Of a DNA stretch of 64,000 nucleotides, positions 1 to 9,836 are shown one piece after another; positions within the stretch are counted from its first letter, which is position 1; every line of letters starts with the position of its first letter. The notes under the pieces are model-generated. The model searched no databases, was not told the origin of the DNA, and saw only the letters and a program-made list of their open reading frames with translations. A program made the translations under genes and the position numbers. The stretch lies in assembly GCA_023422695.1 (NCBI GenBank), contig JAFAGN010000018.1:23791-87790 (forward strand). The letters run 5' to 3'. The DNA is from Pseudomonadota bacterium (lineage in GTDB: Bacteria; Pseudomonadota; Alphaproteobacteria; Sphingomonadales; Sphingomonadaceae).

Positions 1-253
1 GCGTCCAGCCGCCGCCGCGGTGGACGAAAAGCTTCGTGCCCGTCGTCGGCATCAGCCAGAGCCGGCCCCGATCGGCGTCTGCCGGAAGTCGGCTCGCGAC
101 CTGCGTGTCGAACTGCGGCCAGTCGCCGCCCGAAATCACCGCGACCTCGGCGACGCCCAGGAGCTTCGCGATCGCCGTGCCCATCTCGGGGGCGAGCGGC
201 TGCTTGCTTTCCGCCAGGGTTCCATCGAGATCGAAGGCGACGAGTTTCTTCAT
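1..253 (-). CDS. HAD-IIB family hydrolase (phosphomannomutase-like), 5' part only; runs off the window
   Basis: Not in the ORF track. Manual translation from ATG at 253 (GAGGAG RBS upstream) gives MKKLVAFDLDGTLAESKQPL...VAVISGGDWPQF, with HAD motif I DxDGT and motif II SGG. Confidence 0.85.
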   Translation of the reverse strand, partial: MKKLVAFDLDGTLAESKQPLAPEMGTAIAKLLGVAEVAVISGGDWPQFDTQVASRLPADADRGRLWLMPTTGTKLFVHRGGGWT

Positions 254-304
254 GATTGTCTCCTCTGTTCGCTGTCGCCGACGCTGAGCCGACAAAGCAT
301 CCCA

Positions 305-329
305 ATCGCCTGAGGCCTTCCGAAGTTCC
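305..329 (-). promoter_or_regulatory. Putative EcfG-type promoter for the HAD hydrolase
   Basis: GGAAC-N16-CGAT on the minus strand; near-consensus. Confidence 0.45.
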
Positions 330-493
330 TGCGGGCACCTCGCCCCAACCTACCTCGCGGGCAAAATGTCAAAGGCGGGGCGACGAGCACGGCGGGAGCG
401 GGCGTGGCGGGGACGGATGGCGGGCCGTCGTTGTCGGCATGCCGCGGCCGCGGCAAGGTCGGGGCCGCTCGCTGGGCGACCCGCGAGCCTAAC

Positions 494-519
494 GCAACGA
501 GTTCGGCTTTGGAGGCGTT
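494..519 (+). promoter_or_regulatory. Putative EcfG-type promoter for the 549-3861 operon
   Basis: GCAAC-N17-CGTT about 30 nt upstream of ATG 549. Confidence 0.5.
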
Positions 520-548
520 AGCGTGTCGATGACGAGGAAAGCCATTCG

Positions 549-1310
549 ATGACCCCGCGCTGGCCTTCGGTGCTCTGGGTGGTTCGCCACGGCCAAAGCG
601 CGGGCAATGTCGCGCGCGATGCCGCCGACGCGGCGGGTGACCTGCGCATCGCGCTCGACCACCGCGATGTCGACGTGCCCCTCTCGGCGCTGGGTGAGCA
701 ACAGGCACGGGCGCTCGGCGCCTGGTTCGCCGCGGGCGAGGAAGACGGCCGCCCCGAGATCATGCTCGCCTCGCCCTATGTACGGGCCGTGCAGACCGCC
801 GAAATCTTCCGCGGCGCAGGAGGCTGCGCGGCCGACGAGAAAATCTGCATCGACGAGCGGCTGCGCGAGAAGGAGTTCGGCATCCTCGATGGCCTCACGC
901 GCCGCGGCATCGAGGCGGCGCATCCCGATCAGGCCGAATTCCGGCTGGCGCTCGGTAAATTCTATCACCGCCCGCCGGGCGGCGAAAGCTGGTGCGACGT
1001 GATTCTGCGCCTCCGCTCGCTCCTCGACACGGTCTCGCTCCATTATGGCGGGCGGCGCGTGATGATCGTCGCGCACCAGGTGGTCGTCCTTTGCCTGCGC
1101 ACCATCATCGAAAATCTGGGAGAGGCCGAGATATTGGCAATCGACAGCGAAGGCGACGTCGCCAATTGCGCGATCACCGAATATCGCTTCGACGCTGACG
1201 TGGGCCGCGACGGCAACCTCGTCCTGTCGCGCTACAATGTGACTGCGCCAATGGAGGGCGAAGTCCCCGTCACCCGCGAACCCGATGCGATGGTGGCCGC
1301 GCGTGGCTGA
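549..1310 (+). CDS. Histidine phosphatase (phosphoglycerate mutase family)
   Basis: RHGQS motif, SPYVRAVQTA, LREKEFG, GGES, VAHQ. Confidence 0.9.
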   Translation: MTPRWPSVLWVVRHGQSAGNVARDAADAAGDLRIALDHRDVDVPLSALGEQQARALGAWFAAGEEDGRPEIMLASPYVRAVQTAEIFRGAGGCAADEKICIDERLREKEFGILDGLTRRGIEAAHPDQAEFRLALGKFYHRPPGGESWCDVILRLRSLLDTVSLHYGGRRVMIVAHQVVVLCLRTIIENLGEAEILAIDSEGDVANCAITEYRFDADVGRDGNLVLSRYNVTAPMEGEVPVTREPDAMVAARG

Positions 1311-2184
1311 GGCAACCCCGCTCGACACCGCCTGGCTCAAGGCGCATCCGCTCCCCGATCATCATGACGATGTCGACAAGAACGGACGCGGCCGGGTGCT
1401 CGTGATCGGCGGTTGCCGCCGGGTGCCCGGCGGCATGCTGCTGACCGCCGAGGCGGCGTTCCGCGCCGGGGCGGGCAAGGTGACGATCGCGACGATCGCC
1501 TCGGCCGCGATCCCGATCGGCATCGCCTTTCCGGCCTGCGCCGTCGTCGCGCTCCCCGAAACCGAAGCGGGCGAGATTGCGCCCGAGGCGGCCGAACTGC
1601 TGCTCGCCGAGGTGGCGCTGCACGACGCCATCGTCTTCGGGCCCGCGATGATCGACGCCGACATCGTCCGGACCCTGCTCGAAGCCCTGCTGCCGGCGCT
1701 GCCCGAGGACATCTTCCTCCTCCTCGATGCCGTCGCGCTGCGCGCTGCGGCCGCGCATTCGGATGCGATCCGGGCGCGCGCCGCGCACACAATCCTCACC
1801 CCGCACGAAGGCGAACTTGCCGCGATGCTCGATGTAGCGAAGGAGGCGGTCGCGAGCGACCCGCTCGCGTCGCTCGGCAAGGCCGCCGACCGGTTCGGCG
1901 CGGCGGTGATGGTCAAGGGCGCGACCAGCCACCTGATCGCCGAGGGAAGCTGCCTGGCTTATGCGGGCGGCGGGCTCGGCCTTGCCGTCAGCGGCTCGGG
2001 CGACGTGCTGGCGGGCCTCATCGCCGGGCTCGGCGCGCAAGGCCTCTCGCCCCTGCAGGCGTCCGCCTGGGGCATCTGGCTGCACGGCGAAGCGGGGCGG
2101 CGGCTCGGCGAAACCATGGGGCCGCTCGGCTATCTTGCGCGCGAGCTGCTGCCGCTCGTCCCGGGGCTGATGCGCGGTGTCTGA
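1303..2184 (+). CDS. nnrD: ADP-dependent NAD(P)H-hydrate dehydratase (YjeF C-terminal domain only)
   Basis: K..RGRVLVIGG, RAGAGKV, ILTPHEGE, VKGA, GSGDVLAG. GTG start overlaps the upstream stop. Confidence 0.88.
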   Translation: MAEATPLDTAWLKAHPLPDHHDDVDKNGRGRVLVIGGCRRVPGGMLLTAEAAFRAGAGKVTIATIASAAIPIGIAFPACAVVALPETEAGEIAPEAAELLLAEVALHDAIVFGPAMIDADIVRTLLEALLPALPEDIFLLLDAVALRAAAAHSDAIRARAAHTILTPHEGELAAMLDVAKEAVASDPLASLGKAADRFGAAVMVKGATSHLIAEGSCLAYAGGGLGLAVSGSGDVLAGLIAGLGAQGLSPLQASAWGIWLHGEAGRRLGETMGPLGYLARELLPLVPGLMRGV

Positions 2185-2872
2185 GCTCGATCTCCTCGAC
2201 CCCGATCTCCTGCTGCCGATTGCGGGGGCGGTCATCGCCGGCGCGATTATCGGCGGCGAGCGCGAATATCGCGCGAGCCCGGCGGGCCTGCGCACCCATA
2301 TCCTCGTCGCGCTGTCCTGCTGTCTCCTCATGCTGTCGGCCGTTCACCAGATGGAATGGCTCACCGACACGCCGACCGAGGTCGTGCGCATCGATCCCGT
2401 GCGCATGGCGCATGGCGTGCTCACCGGCATCGGTTTCCTGTGCGGCGGCGTGATCTTTCGCGAGGGGCTCAATGTCCGCGGGCTCACCACCGCTGCATCG
2501 CTCTGGATGACCGCGACGCTCGGCATCCTGTTCGGCGTAGGCTTCTACGAACTCGCCATCTTCGGCGGCGTCGCGACCTTCCTCGTGCTCGCTGCCGTCA
2601 CCTGGACCGAGCGCCACGCGCCGCAGCGGCGTATCGCGCATGTCACGCTCGATTATCGGGCGGGCACGAGCATCGCCTCGGCCGAGGTCATCGCCTTGCT
2701 CGGGGAACATGGCCTCAAGGCGATCACCGTCGAACAGCGCCGCGCCGGCGGCGCACCCGGCTTTACCGCGATCGCCGCAGGCTATGGCGAGGAATGTGCC
2801 GATGCGCTGGCGGCGGCGCTCAGTGGGGACGATCGCATCGCCGCCTTCGACATCAGGCCGCAGCAGGGATGA
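2177..2872 (+). CDS. MgtC/SapB family membrane protein
   Basis: GGERE..AGLRTH, GIGFLCGGVI, GLTTAASLW. Confidence 0.9.
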   Translation: MSELDLLDPDLLLPIAGAVIAGAIIGGEREYRASPAGLRTHILVALSCCLLMLSAVHQMEWLTDTPTEVVRIDPVRMAHGVLTGIGFLCGGVIFREGLNVRGLTTAASLWMTATLGILFGVGFYELAIFGGVATFLVLAAVTWTERHAPQRRIAHVTLDYRAGTSIASAEVIALLGEHGLKAITVEQRRAGGAPGFTAIAAGYGEECADALAAALSGDDRIAAFDIRPQQG

Positions 2873-2898
2873 AGGGTGGGGCCGGAACGGGAGCGCGC

Positions 2899-3861
2899 AT
2901 GCCCGCTGGCCGCGACCCTTCGGGCGAGCCCACTTATGATGCGCTCGTCATCGGCGCGGGACCCGCAGGGCTCACCGCCGCTCTCTATCTTGCGCGCTAT
3001 CGCCGCCGCACCCTCGTGCTCCACGACGGACGATCGCGCGCGCTTGGCGCGCCGATGGCCTGGAATGTGCCCGGATTTCCGGACGGGATATCGGGAGCCG
3101 ATCTCGTCGCGCGGCTCACCGATCAGGCCGGGCGATACGGTGCCGAGATCGAGTTGGCCCGTGTCGACTGCCTGTCCGCAGGTGCCGGCGGCACCCCGTT
3201 CGCGGCGCGGCTCGAGGACGGCAGGCACCTCTCGGCGCGCGGGCTCATTCTCGCGACCGGCGTCATCACCAACGAGGCGGTGCTTGCCAGCGGCGACCAT
3301 GACGCCGCCGTCCGCAGCGGCGCGCTGCGCTACTGCCCGATCTGCGACGGATTTGAGCATCGCGGGCGCAAGATCGCCGTACTCGGGTCGGACCTTCATG
3401 GCGCCGCCGAGGCGATGTTCCTGAGGCAATATACCGACGATGTGACCCTCATCCCCAAGTGGCAGGTCGAGCTCACGCCGGCGCAGCGCACCGAACTCGC
3501 GGCCAGCGACGTGCGGGTCGAGGAGCGGCAGCTGCTTCGCCTCGCGCACCGGGACGGGCGCATCGCGGTGCAGCTGGAGGGTGCGGATGAGCCACTTCTT
3601 TTCGATACCCTCTACCCGGCGCTCGGATCCGAACCGCGCAGCGAACTGCTGGCGGGGCTCGGTCTCCAAGGCGACGCCAATCGCTGCCTGCCCGCCGATG
3701 CCTTTGCCGAGCCCTTGATGCCCGGCGTCTACGGCGCCGGCGATGTTCTCGCCGGGCTCGACCAGATCAGCACCGCGACGGGCCATGGCGCGGCGGCTGC
3801 GACGCGGCTTCACAACTGGCTGCGCCGTGTCGAAGGGCATGTCATGGCGGACCAGCACTGA
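2899..3861 (+). CDS. NAD(P)/FAD-dependent oxidoreductase (thioredoxin-reductase-like)
   Basis: GAGPAGLTAA, ATG motif, CPIC, GVYGAGD. Start taken at ATG 2899 with GGGAG RBS (2869 is an alternative). Confidence 0.85.
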   Translation: MPAGRDPSGEPTYDALVIGAGPAGLTAALYLARYRRRTLVLHDGRSRALGAPMAWNVPGFPDGISGADLVARLTDQAGRYGAEIELARVDCLSAGAGGTPFAARLEDGRHLSARGLILATGVITNEAVLASGDHDAAVRSGALRYCPICDGFEHRGRKIAVLGSDLHGAAEAMFLRQYTDDVTLIPKWQVELTPAQRTELAASDVRVEERQLLRLAHRDGRIAVQLEGADEPLLFDTLYPALGSEPRSELLAGLGLQGDANRCLPADAFAEPLMPGVYGAGDVLAGLDQISTATGHGAAAATRLHNWLRRVEGHVMADQH

Positions 3862-4201
3862 AGGGCACGGGGCAGGCTATCGCTTCGACGGATGCACGAA
3901 AGCTGCTCGGCCGGGCGCGTTCGGCCCACATAGTCGTTGGGCAAAACCTGCCTCGATGGATCTGGCGACGCGACGGGCGGATGGGGCCCAGCCCGCCGCA
4001 CCGCGTGCAGGATTGATCTCGATCATCACGATTTTCGCGCCTTGGGCCCTGAAATCTGCTATGCAGAACTGGCTGAGTCCCACCCTCGTCGGCGCGTCTT
4101 GCCGCTGCCTCATTTTGCGGCCCGTCCTTACATGAGGCCTGCCGATCATCGGGTGCTAAGAGCAGGGTCGTGCTTGCTCCGGAACAGAAACGGAGCATGT
4201 C

Positions 4202-4459
4202 ATGCGCCTTTTTCATCTTCTTTTTCATGGCGAGGATGCGCGCGAGCCGCGCCGCGTCGAATTTCGCGCGCCCGACGCCTATCAGGCGTTCCAGTTCGCG
4301 CTCAACGATCGCGGCAGTGCCGAGGTCGAACTATGGGACGGCGAGCAGCTTCTCGTTCGCATGAGCAAGACCGAAGCCAATCTCTGGAAGCTGCACGGCC
4401 TCCCCCCATCCCAAGGCACCGCGGGGCCCTCGGCTCAGCCTGGCGCCGCCGCCGCCTGA
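4202..4459 (+). CDS. Small hypothetical protein
   Basis: 85-aa ORF with GGAG RBS and protein-like composition (VELWDGEQLL). Confidence 0.6.
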   Translation: MRLFHLLFHGEDAREPRRVEFRAPDAYQAFQFALNDRGSAEVELWDGEQLLVRMSKTEANLWKLHGLPPSQGTAGPSAQPGAAAA

Positions 4460-4526
4460 CCCGCGCTGCGGCGGTGACGGGCGCGCGATAGACGCTTGAC
4501 AGGTGGATGACGGCCGCTTGCCCGCC

Positions 4527-4919
4527 TCAGGCGGGCCGGCCGTCTTGCCCGGCGCAAAGGCCGAGGCATGCATCGACGAGCGCGCTCATCAGCACGGGCT
4601 TCGAAAAGAAGAAGCTGCCCTCGACCTGGCGGTCGGCGAGCGGCACATTGGCCGAGGCGTAGACGACGCCGCCGCCCGGATGAGCGTCGCGATAGGCTTC
4701 CGCGAGGCTCCATCCGTCGAGAGCGCCGGCAAGCCGGATATCGGTCACGAGGATATGCGGTCGCTCCTCGCCGATCAGGAGGAGTGCGTCCTCGGCGCTT
4801 TCGACCTCGCGAACCGCGAACCCGGCTGCCTCGAGCGCCTCGACGATGTCGATGCGGACGAGCCATTCGTCTTCGGCGACGATCGCCGTGCAGAGAGGGG
4901 CGGGGGACGGGTTTGGCAC
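4527..4919 (-). CDS. Single-domain response regulator
   Basis: AEDE, LVTDIRL (phospho-acceptor Asp), YAS, FSKP. Confidence 0.85.
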   Translation of the reverse strand: MPNPSPAPLCTAIVAEDEWLVRIDIVEALEAAGFAVREVESAEDALLLIGEERPHILVTDIRLAGALDGWSLAEAYRDAHPGGGVVYASANVPLADRQVEGSFFFSKPVLMSALVDACLGLCAGQDGRPA

Positions 4920-5090
4920 GCTGATGACTTTCGCCCTGAAACATGGATCGAAGTAGAGAGGTCGCTCGGCGTCACGGCTGGGCGCATGGCAGTCTCGGCG
5001 GAACGCATCAACCCCTCAAGGGTTTCTTTGCGATAGCGAATTCCCGTTTCGGGAACGCAGGGGCCATCGGAGGGGCAGGGACCATGACAT

Positions 5091-6659
5091 ATGCGTGAGA
5101 CGCTGATCGAGGAGGAAGCGGCGCAAGGGGGCTTAGCCGTTCGCGAAAGTGCCGCGCACCTCGCGGCGCTCGTCGAGGGCTCGGACGATGCGATCATCAG
5201 TAAAACGCTCGATGGTATCATCACCAGCTGGAACCCCGCGGCCGAACGCATGTTCGGCTATTGTGCCGACGAGATCATCGGCCGCTCGATCCTCACCCTC
5301 ATCCCCGAGGAACGCCGCAGCGAAGAAACCGCGATCATCGAGCGCATTCGCGCCGGCGAGCGCGTACCGCCTTTCGAGACGGTCCGGCGGCGCAAGGACG
5401 GCAGCCTCGTCGATCTCTCGATCACCGTCTCGCCGGTGCGCCGCGCCGACGGCACGATCATCGGCGCCTCGAAAATCGCGCGCGACATCTCGGAACGCAA
5501 GGCGGTCGAGGCGCAGCTCGCCCGCCAGGCCGAGCGGCTGACCCAGCTCAATCGCGCCGCCCTCCTCGTCTCGCAGGATCTCGACCTCGAACGGATCGTC
5601 CAGTCGGTGACCGATATCGCGACCGAGCTCAGCGGTGCGCGCTTCGGCGCCTTCTTTTACAATGTTTTGGGCGACGAGGGCGAAAGCTATCTGCTCTTCT
5701 CGCTCTCCGGCGCGCCGCGCGAGGCGTTCGAGCGCTTCGGCATGCCGCGCAATACCGCCGTCTTCGACCCGACGTTCCGCGGAGCGGGGACGATCCGGTC
5801 GGACGATATCCGCAAGGATCCGCGCTACGGCCTGAGCGCGCCGCACCACGGCATGCCGGAGGGGCATCTGCCCGTCGTGAGCTATCTCGCGGTTCCCGTC
5901 ATCTCGCGCTCGGGCGCGGTGCTCGGCGGTCTTTTCTTTGGCCATGACGAGCCCGCCATGTTCAATGCCGAGGTCGAGGAGCTTGTCGAGGCCGTGGCTG
6001 CGCAGGCGGCGGTGGCGATGGACAACGCCCATCTTCACGAGGCGGCGCGCGTCGAGATCGCGGCGCGTGTGAGGGCCGAAGAGCAGCTCCAGCTCACCCT
6101 CGCCGAAATGCGCCACCGGGTGAAGAACACGCTCGCGATGGTCCAGGCGATCGCCGCGCAGACGTTTCGCGAGACGCCGGCCGCCGAGCGCCAGTCGTTC
6201 GAGGCGCGCGTCCGCGCCCTCTCCGACGCGCACGACCTCCTCACCGAACGCCACTGGGGCACCGTATCGGCCGGTGAAATGATCGAGCGCGCGCTGCACG
6301 CTTTCGACAAGATGAAGCCGGGCCGCATCAGCCTCGCGGGGCCGGACGCCGAGGTGCCGGCGTCGAGGGCGCTGCTCGCGGCGATGGCGCTGCACGAACT
6401 CGGGACCAATGCGGTCAAATATGGGGCGCTGTCGGGCGATGCCGGCACGGTCGCGGTTGAGTGGGACATGGTGAACGAGAACGGTCGGGATCGGCTCCGC
6501 TTGCGCTGGAGCGAGCAGGGCGGTCCCCCGGTTTCGTCTCCCACGCGCACGGGTTTCGGCACGCGAATGCTCGAACGGGCGCTCCGCGGGAAGGGCGGCA
6601 GCGCTGCGATCGAGTTCCGGCCCGAGGGTGTTTGCTGCACCCTTGAGCTTCCTGCATGA
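5091..6659 (+). CDS. PAS-GAF HWE-family sensor histidine kinase
   Basis: PAS (SDDAIISKTLDG..SWNPAAE), GAF (SYLAVPV), H-box EMRHRVKN, HELGTNAVKYG, WSEQGGP, GFG. Confidence 0.9.
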   Translation: MRETLIEEEAAQGGLAVRESAAHLAALVEGSDDAIISKTLDGIITSWNPAAERMFGYCADEIIGRSILTLIPEERRSEETAIIERIRAGERVPPFETVRRRKDGSLVDLSITVSPVRRADGTIIGASKIARDISERKAVEAQLARQAERLTQLNRAALLVSQDLDLERIVQSVTDIATELSGARFGAFFYNVLGDEGESYLLFSLSGAPREAFERFGMPRNTAVFDPTFRGAGTIRSDDIRKDPRYGLSAPHHGMPEGHLPVVSYLAVPVISRSGAVLGGLFFGHDEPAMFNAEVEELVEAVAAQAAVAMDNAHLHEAARVEIAARVRAEEQLQLTLAEMRHRVKNTLAMVQAIAAQTFRETPAAERQSFEARVRALSDAHDLLTERHWGTVSAGEMIERALHAFDKMKPGRISLAGPDAEVPASRALLAAMALHELGTNAVKYGALSGDAGTVAVEWDMVNENGRDRLRLRWSEQGGPPVSSPTRTGFGTRMLERALRGKGGSAAIEFRPEGVCCTLELPA

Positions 6660-6826
6660 CAAGCATCGCGGACGCGGCGGGATCGCGCGAGGTTCGCGCG
6701 CTTCGTTGGTCGAGGATCGAAGGTGAGGGCCGAAGGTCGATGGTCGAAGGGAGCGGGTCGCAGGGCGCGCGTCTCAATCCTTGCTCGTGGCTGGCGAGTC
6801 CGGCGCGGCTCGGTTAAGGCGTAGCC

Positions 6827-7084
6827 ATGGCGGGAATCGGATCACGCATCGACGAGTCGGGGACGCTGCTGCGGGTGGCAGGCGGCTTTGCGCTGCGCCG
6901 CGACCTCGGCGGCCGCTGGCGGCTCGACCTTCGCCGCACCCCCGTAGACCATGTCGAGAAGCGCGTACGCATCACCGGCACGCTCGTCGGCGACGATCTT
7001 GTCGAAGTCGACGGCGTCGCCCCGGAAGGTGCCACCCCGCCGGGTGGCGAACGCCCGGACAGCGGCTCGGCGATGGAGGCATAG
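6827..7084 (+). CDS. Small protein, DUF5818-like
   Basis: GTLLR..GGFALRRD.GGRWRL..RVRITG pattern, recognised from memory. Confidence 0.6.
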   Translation: MAGIGSRIDESGTLLRVAGGFALRRDLGGRWRLDLRRTPVDHVEKRVRITGTLVGDDLVEVDGVAPEGATPPGGERPDSGSAMEA

Positions 7085-7183
7085 ACACGCCGCGACTAGC
7101 CGGAGCTGCCTGGCGGAAGGATCGTAAAGGCGGATGTCCGCAGGCGGTCCGGATGCCTCTCATTTTTGACGGTCTCGAGCCGC

Positions 7184-7208
7184 GGAACAAAGTGCTGCGG
7201 CGCCGGTT
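7184..7208 (+). promoter_or_regulatory. EcfG-type promoter; transcript probably leaderless
   Basis: GGAAC-N16-GGTT; ATG 7218 lies 9 nt after the -10 box with no SD. Confidence 0.6.
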
Positions 7209-7217
7209 GAAGCTTGC

Positions 7218-8021
7218 ATGACTCAGACCATCGCAACCCCCACACCTGCCGCCGATCCGGCGCGTTTCATCGTCCTTCTCTGTGCGCTGGCGCAAATCGG
7301 AGCTGCCCTATTGCCCGCGATGGGGATCGGCACGCCGGTCGGCGAGCGTTCGGACGCCGTGCAGACGCTGATAACGCCCGCGGGCTGGGCCTTCTCGATC
7401 TGGGGCGCGCTTTATCTGGGATCGCTGGTTTTCTCGCTTCTCCAGTTCACCGCTTCCGGGCGCGATAGCGCGTTGTTCGCCGCGCTGCGCTGGCCGGCGG
7501 CAGGGGCCTTCCTCGGCAACGCGCTCTGGGCCACTTGGGTGCAGCTCGGCGACATCGACGCGGTATCGACCCTCATCATCTTCGGTTCGCTCGTCTCGAT
7601 CCTCATTGCTTACCGGCGGATCGCCTCCTGGACGACGTCCTTTTCGGCGGCCGAGCGCTGGGGCGCCATCCTGCCGCTGTCGGCGCTCGCTTCCTGGTTG
7701 ACCGCAGCCTCGATCGTCAATGTCGCGGCCACGTTGCGCTACTATGGCGTCGACGCTGCGCCCGATGTCGCGCCGCTCATCTCCGCCGCGATTATCGTCG
7801 TCGGCGGTCTGATCGCGGCCGCGGCCCTTGCGCGGGGCAAGGGCAATCCGCCTTTCGCGCTCGTCTTCCTCTGGGCGCTGACAGCAATCTTCGCAGCCGG
7901 CGGGCAGGAGGCGGCTGCCGTCGCGGTGGCGGCAGCGATCGCGGCGATCTTGGTGCTGATCGGAATTTCGCTGGGCTGGCGCGACGGCGGCGCGCGCCAT
8001 TGGTCCGGTTCGAGATCGTAA
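7218..8021 (+). CDS. Multi-pass membrane protein, TspO/MBR-related
   Basis: About 8 hydrophobic segments; ITPAGWAFSIWGALY and GNALW motifs. Confidence 0.7.
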   Translation: MTQTIATPTPAADPARFIVLLCALAQIGAALLPAMGIGTPVGERSDAVQTLITPAGWAFSIWGALYLGSLVFSLLQFTASGRDSALFAALRWPAAGAFLGNALWATWVQLGDIDAVSTLIIFGSLVSILIAYRRIASWTTSFSAAERWGAILPLSALASWLTAASIVNVAATLRYYGVDAAPDVAPLISAAIIVVGGLIAAAALARGKGNPPFALVFLWALTAIFAAGGQEAAAVAVAAAIAAILVLIGISLGWRDGGARHWSGSRS

Positions 8022-8150
8022 ATCTATCTCGGGGGCGCTTGAGCGTCTTCGCCGCAGTCGGTTTGATTTCGAACTTTTCCGAGGTTGAGCGCGCGGTCGG
8101 CACTTTCTTGCGGCCAGGCGCACCGGGCATCGCCGCGTCCCTGCGGCCAG

Positions 8151-8302
8151 CCGCGATCCCGACCCGCGCTTGAGGCGTCTGCCGGGGCGCGGCCCCGGCG
8201 CAACGGGCTTCGCCCGTCCTCCACTGCCGTTGCGGCCCTCTGGGTGCGCCGGCGCCTTGCGGCGCCCCGGCTGCCTTCCTGCGCCGCGGGACGGGCTCGC
8301 GG
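8151..8302. repeat. Nested inverted-repeat element upstream of the DUF736 gene
   Basis: Arms 8151-8168/8285-8302 (16 of 18 complementary), 8181-8190/8262-8271 (10 of 10), 8199-8206/8227-8234 (8 of 8). Confidence 0.75.
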
Positions 8303-8322
8303 GCAAGGTCAGGAGACACATC

Positions 8323-8646
8323 ATGGGAGCCATCGGCTTCGTTAGCGGCACGATCGAGAAGGGCTTTGTCGGCGAACTTCGCACCCTCTCGATCAGGGTG
8401 CCGATCGAGATTCGCATCAACCGCGGCAAGGGGAGCGACGTGCAGCCCGACTACCGCGTCTACTCTGACGACGTCGAGATCGGCGCGGGATGGGTGCGCC
8501 TCGCGGCAGTTTCCGAGCGCCGCTATGTGTCGCTCGCGCTCGAAGCCCCCGAGTTCGGGCAGCGACGCCTTTATGCGAACCTTGCTCGCGCGGCAGGGCA
8601 GGACAATCCCGACGCTTATGCGCTGCTCTGGAACCCCGCTGACTGA
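8323..8646 (+). CDS. DUF736 family protein
   Basis: AGGAG RBS; MGAIG..G.LRTLSI..PDYRV...EIGAGW..YVSL.L..PEFG...YANL..W pattern. Confidence 0.85.
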   Translation: MGAIGFVSGTIEKGFVGELRTLSIRVPIEIRINRGKGSDVQPDYRVYSDDVEIGAGWVRLAAVSERRYVSLALEAPEFGQRRLYANLARAAGQDNPDAYALLWNPAD

Positions 8647-8729
8647 CGGCGTGCAGGAAACGCGGGTTATTCTCGCACTGGCTGCAATAGCTGGTGCGCG
8701 GGAGCCCCCGCCTTGATAGGGTGACGAAG

Positions 8730-9659
8730 ATGAAAAGCGGTATCGACCATCTCCCCCCGCACAAGCAGCGCGAACTCGAGCGCGTCGTCGAGATTATCTT
8801 CGAGGAATTCGAGGATGCGCTGGCGCTCGCGACCCAGGGCTGGAAGAAGAAGGGACGCATCTCGAAGATCATTCTCTACGGCAGCTATGCCCGCGGCGGC
8901 TGGGTCGACGAGCCGCACACCGCCAAGGGCTATCAGTCGGACTATGACCTGCTGATCATCGTCAACGACAAGCGGCTGACCGATCGGGCCGACTATTGGT
9001 CGAAGCTCGACGACCGGCTCATTCGCGAGTTGTCAGTGACGAAGACGCTGCGGACGCCGGTGAATTTCATCGTGCACAGTCTCGACGAGGTGAACTCCGG
9101 GCTGTCGCAGGGCCGCTATTTCTTCATGGACGTCGCGCGCGATGGGATTGCGCTGTACGAGGCTGAGGACAGTAAGCTTGCCGAGCCGCAGCCGAAGACA
9201 CCGCATGCGGCGCTGGAGATGGCGCGGGAGTATTTTGACGAGTGGTTTCCGAGCGGCGGCGAGTTCTTCGACAACTACCAATTCAATCTGGATAAGGAAC
9301 GTTTCAACAACGCCGCTTTCCAACTTCACCAAGCAGCGGAGCGCTACTACAATTGCGCTCTTCTCGTCTGCTCGTTCTACTCACCCCACGTGCATAACCT
9401 CGCCTTCCTGCGAACCCAAGCGGAGCGGATTGATACGCGGATAATCGATGCCTGGCCTCGCGAGACGAGGTCGGAGCGGTCTCACTTTGAGAAGCTGAAA
9501 GAGGCATACATCAAGGCGCGCTACTCTAAGCATTACAGCATCACCGCCCAGGAACTGGCTTGGCTGGGTGAGCGGGTTGCCGATCTGGCTAGCATCGTCG
9601 AACTGGTGTGCCGCGAACGCATTGTGCTCTTGGAATCGACGGCGCGCGACGCTGGCTGA
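8730..9659 (+). CDS. Fused nucleotidyltransferase (MNT) + HEPN domain protein
   Basis: N-terminal ILYGSYARG..SDYDLL; C-terminal AAFQLHQAAE..HNL..AYIKARY. Confidence 0.88.
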   Translation: MKSGIDHLPPHKQRELERVVEIIFEEFEDALALATQGWKKKGRISKIILYGSYARGGWVDEPHTAKGYQSDYDLLIIVNDKRLTDRADYWSKLDDRLIRELSVTKTLRTPVNFIVHSLDEVNSGLSQGRYFFMDVARDGIALYEAEDSKLAEPQPKTPHAALEMAREYFDEWFPSGGEFFDNYQFNLDKERFNNAAFQLHQAAERYYNCALLVCSFYSPHVHNLAFLRTQAERIDTRIIDAWPRETRSERSHFEKLKEAYIKARYSKHYSITAQELAWLGERVADLASIVELVCRERIVLLESTARDAG

Positions 9660-9836
9660 GGCTCCAAAAGCAAAGGGCCCTGCCATGGCAGAGCCCTCTC
9701 TTCTTTCGGCGTGGAGGGGTCTCCAACCGAAAGATGCCCCTTTTGCTCCCGGGGTCGCACGGAAGCATTAGAACGACGACAATAAGCCTCCGGTCGTCCA
9801 TGGCAATAAACACAGGTTAAGTCGGCGAACTTAGTT

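Noticed and set aside
3862..4200. Overlapping short ORFs between the oxidoreductase and 4202
   Set aside because: No convincing RBS, motif or preferred frame.
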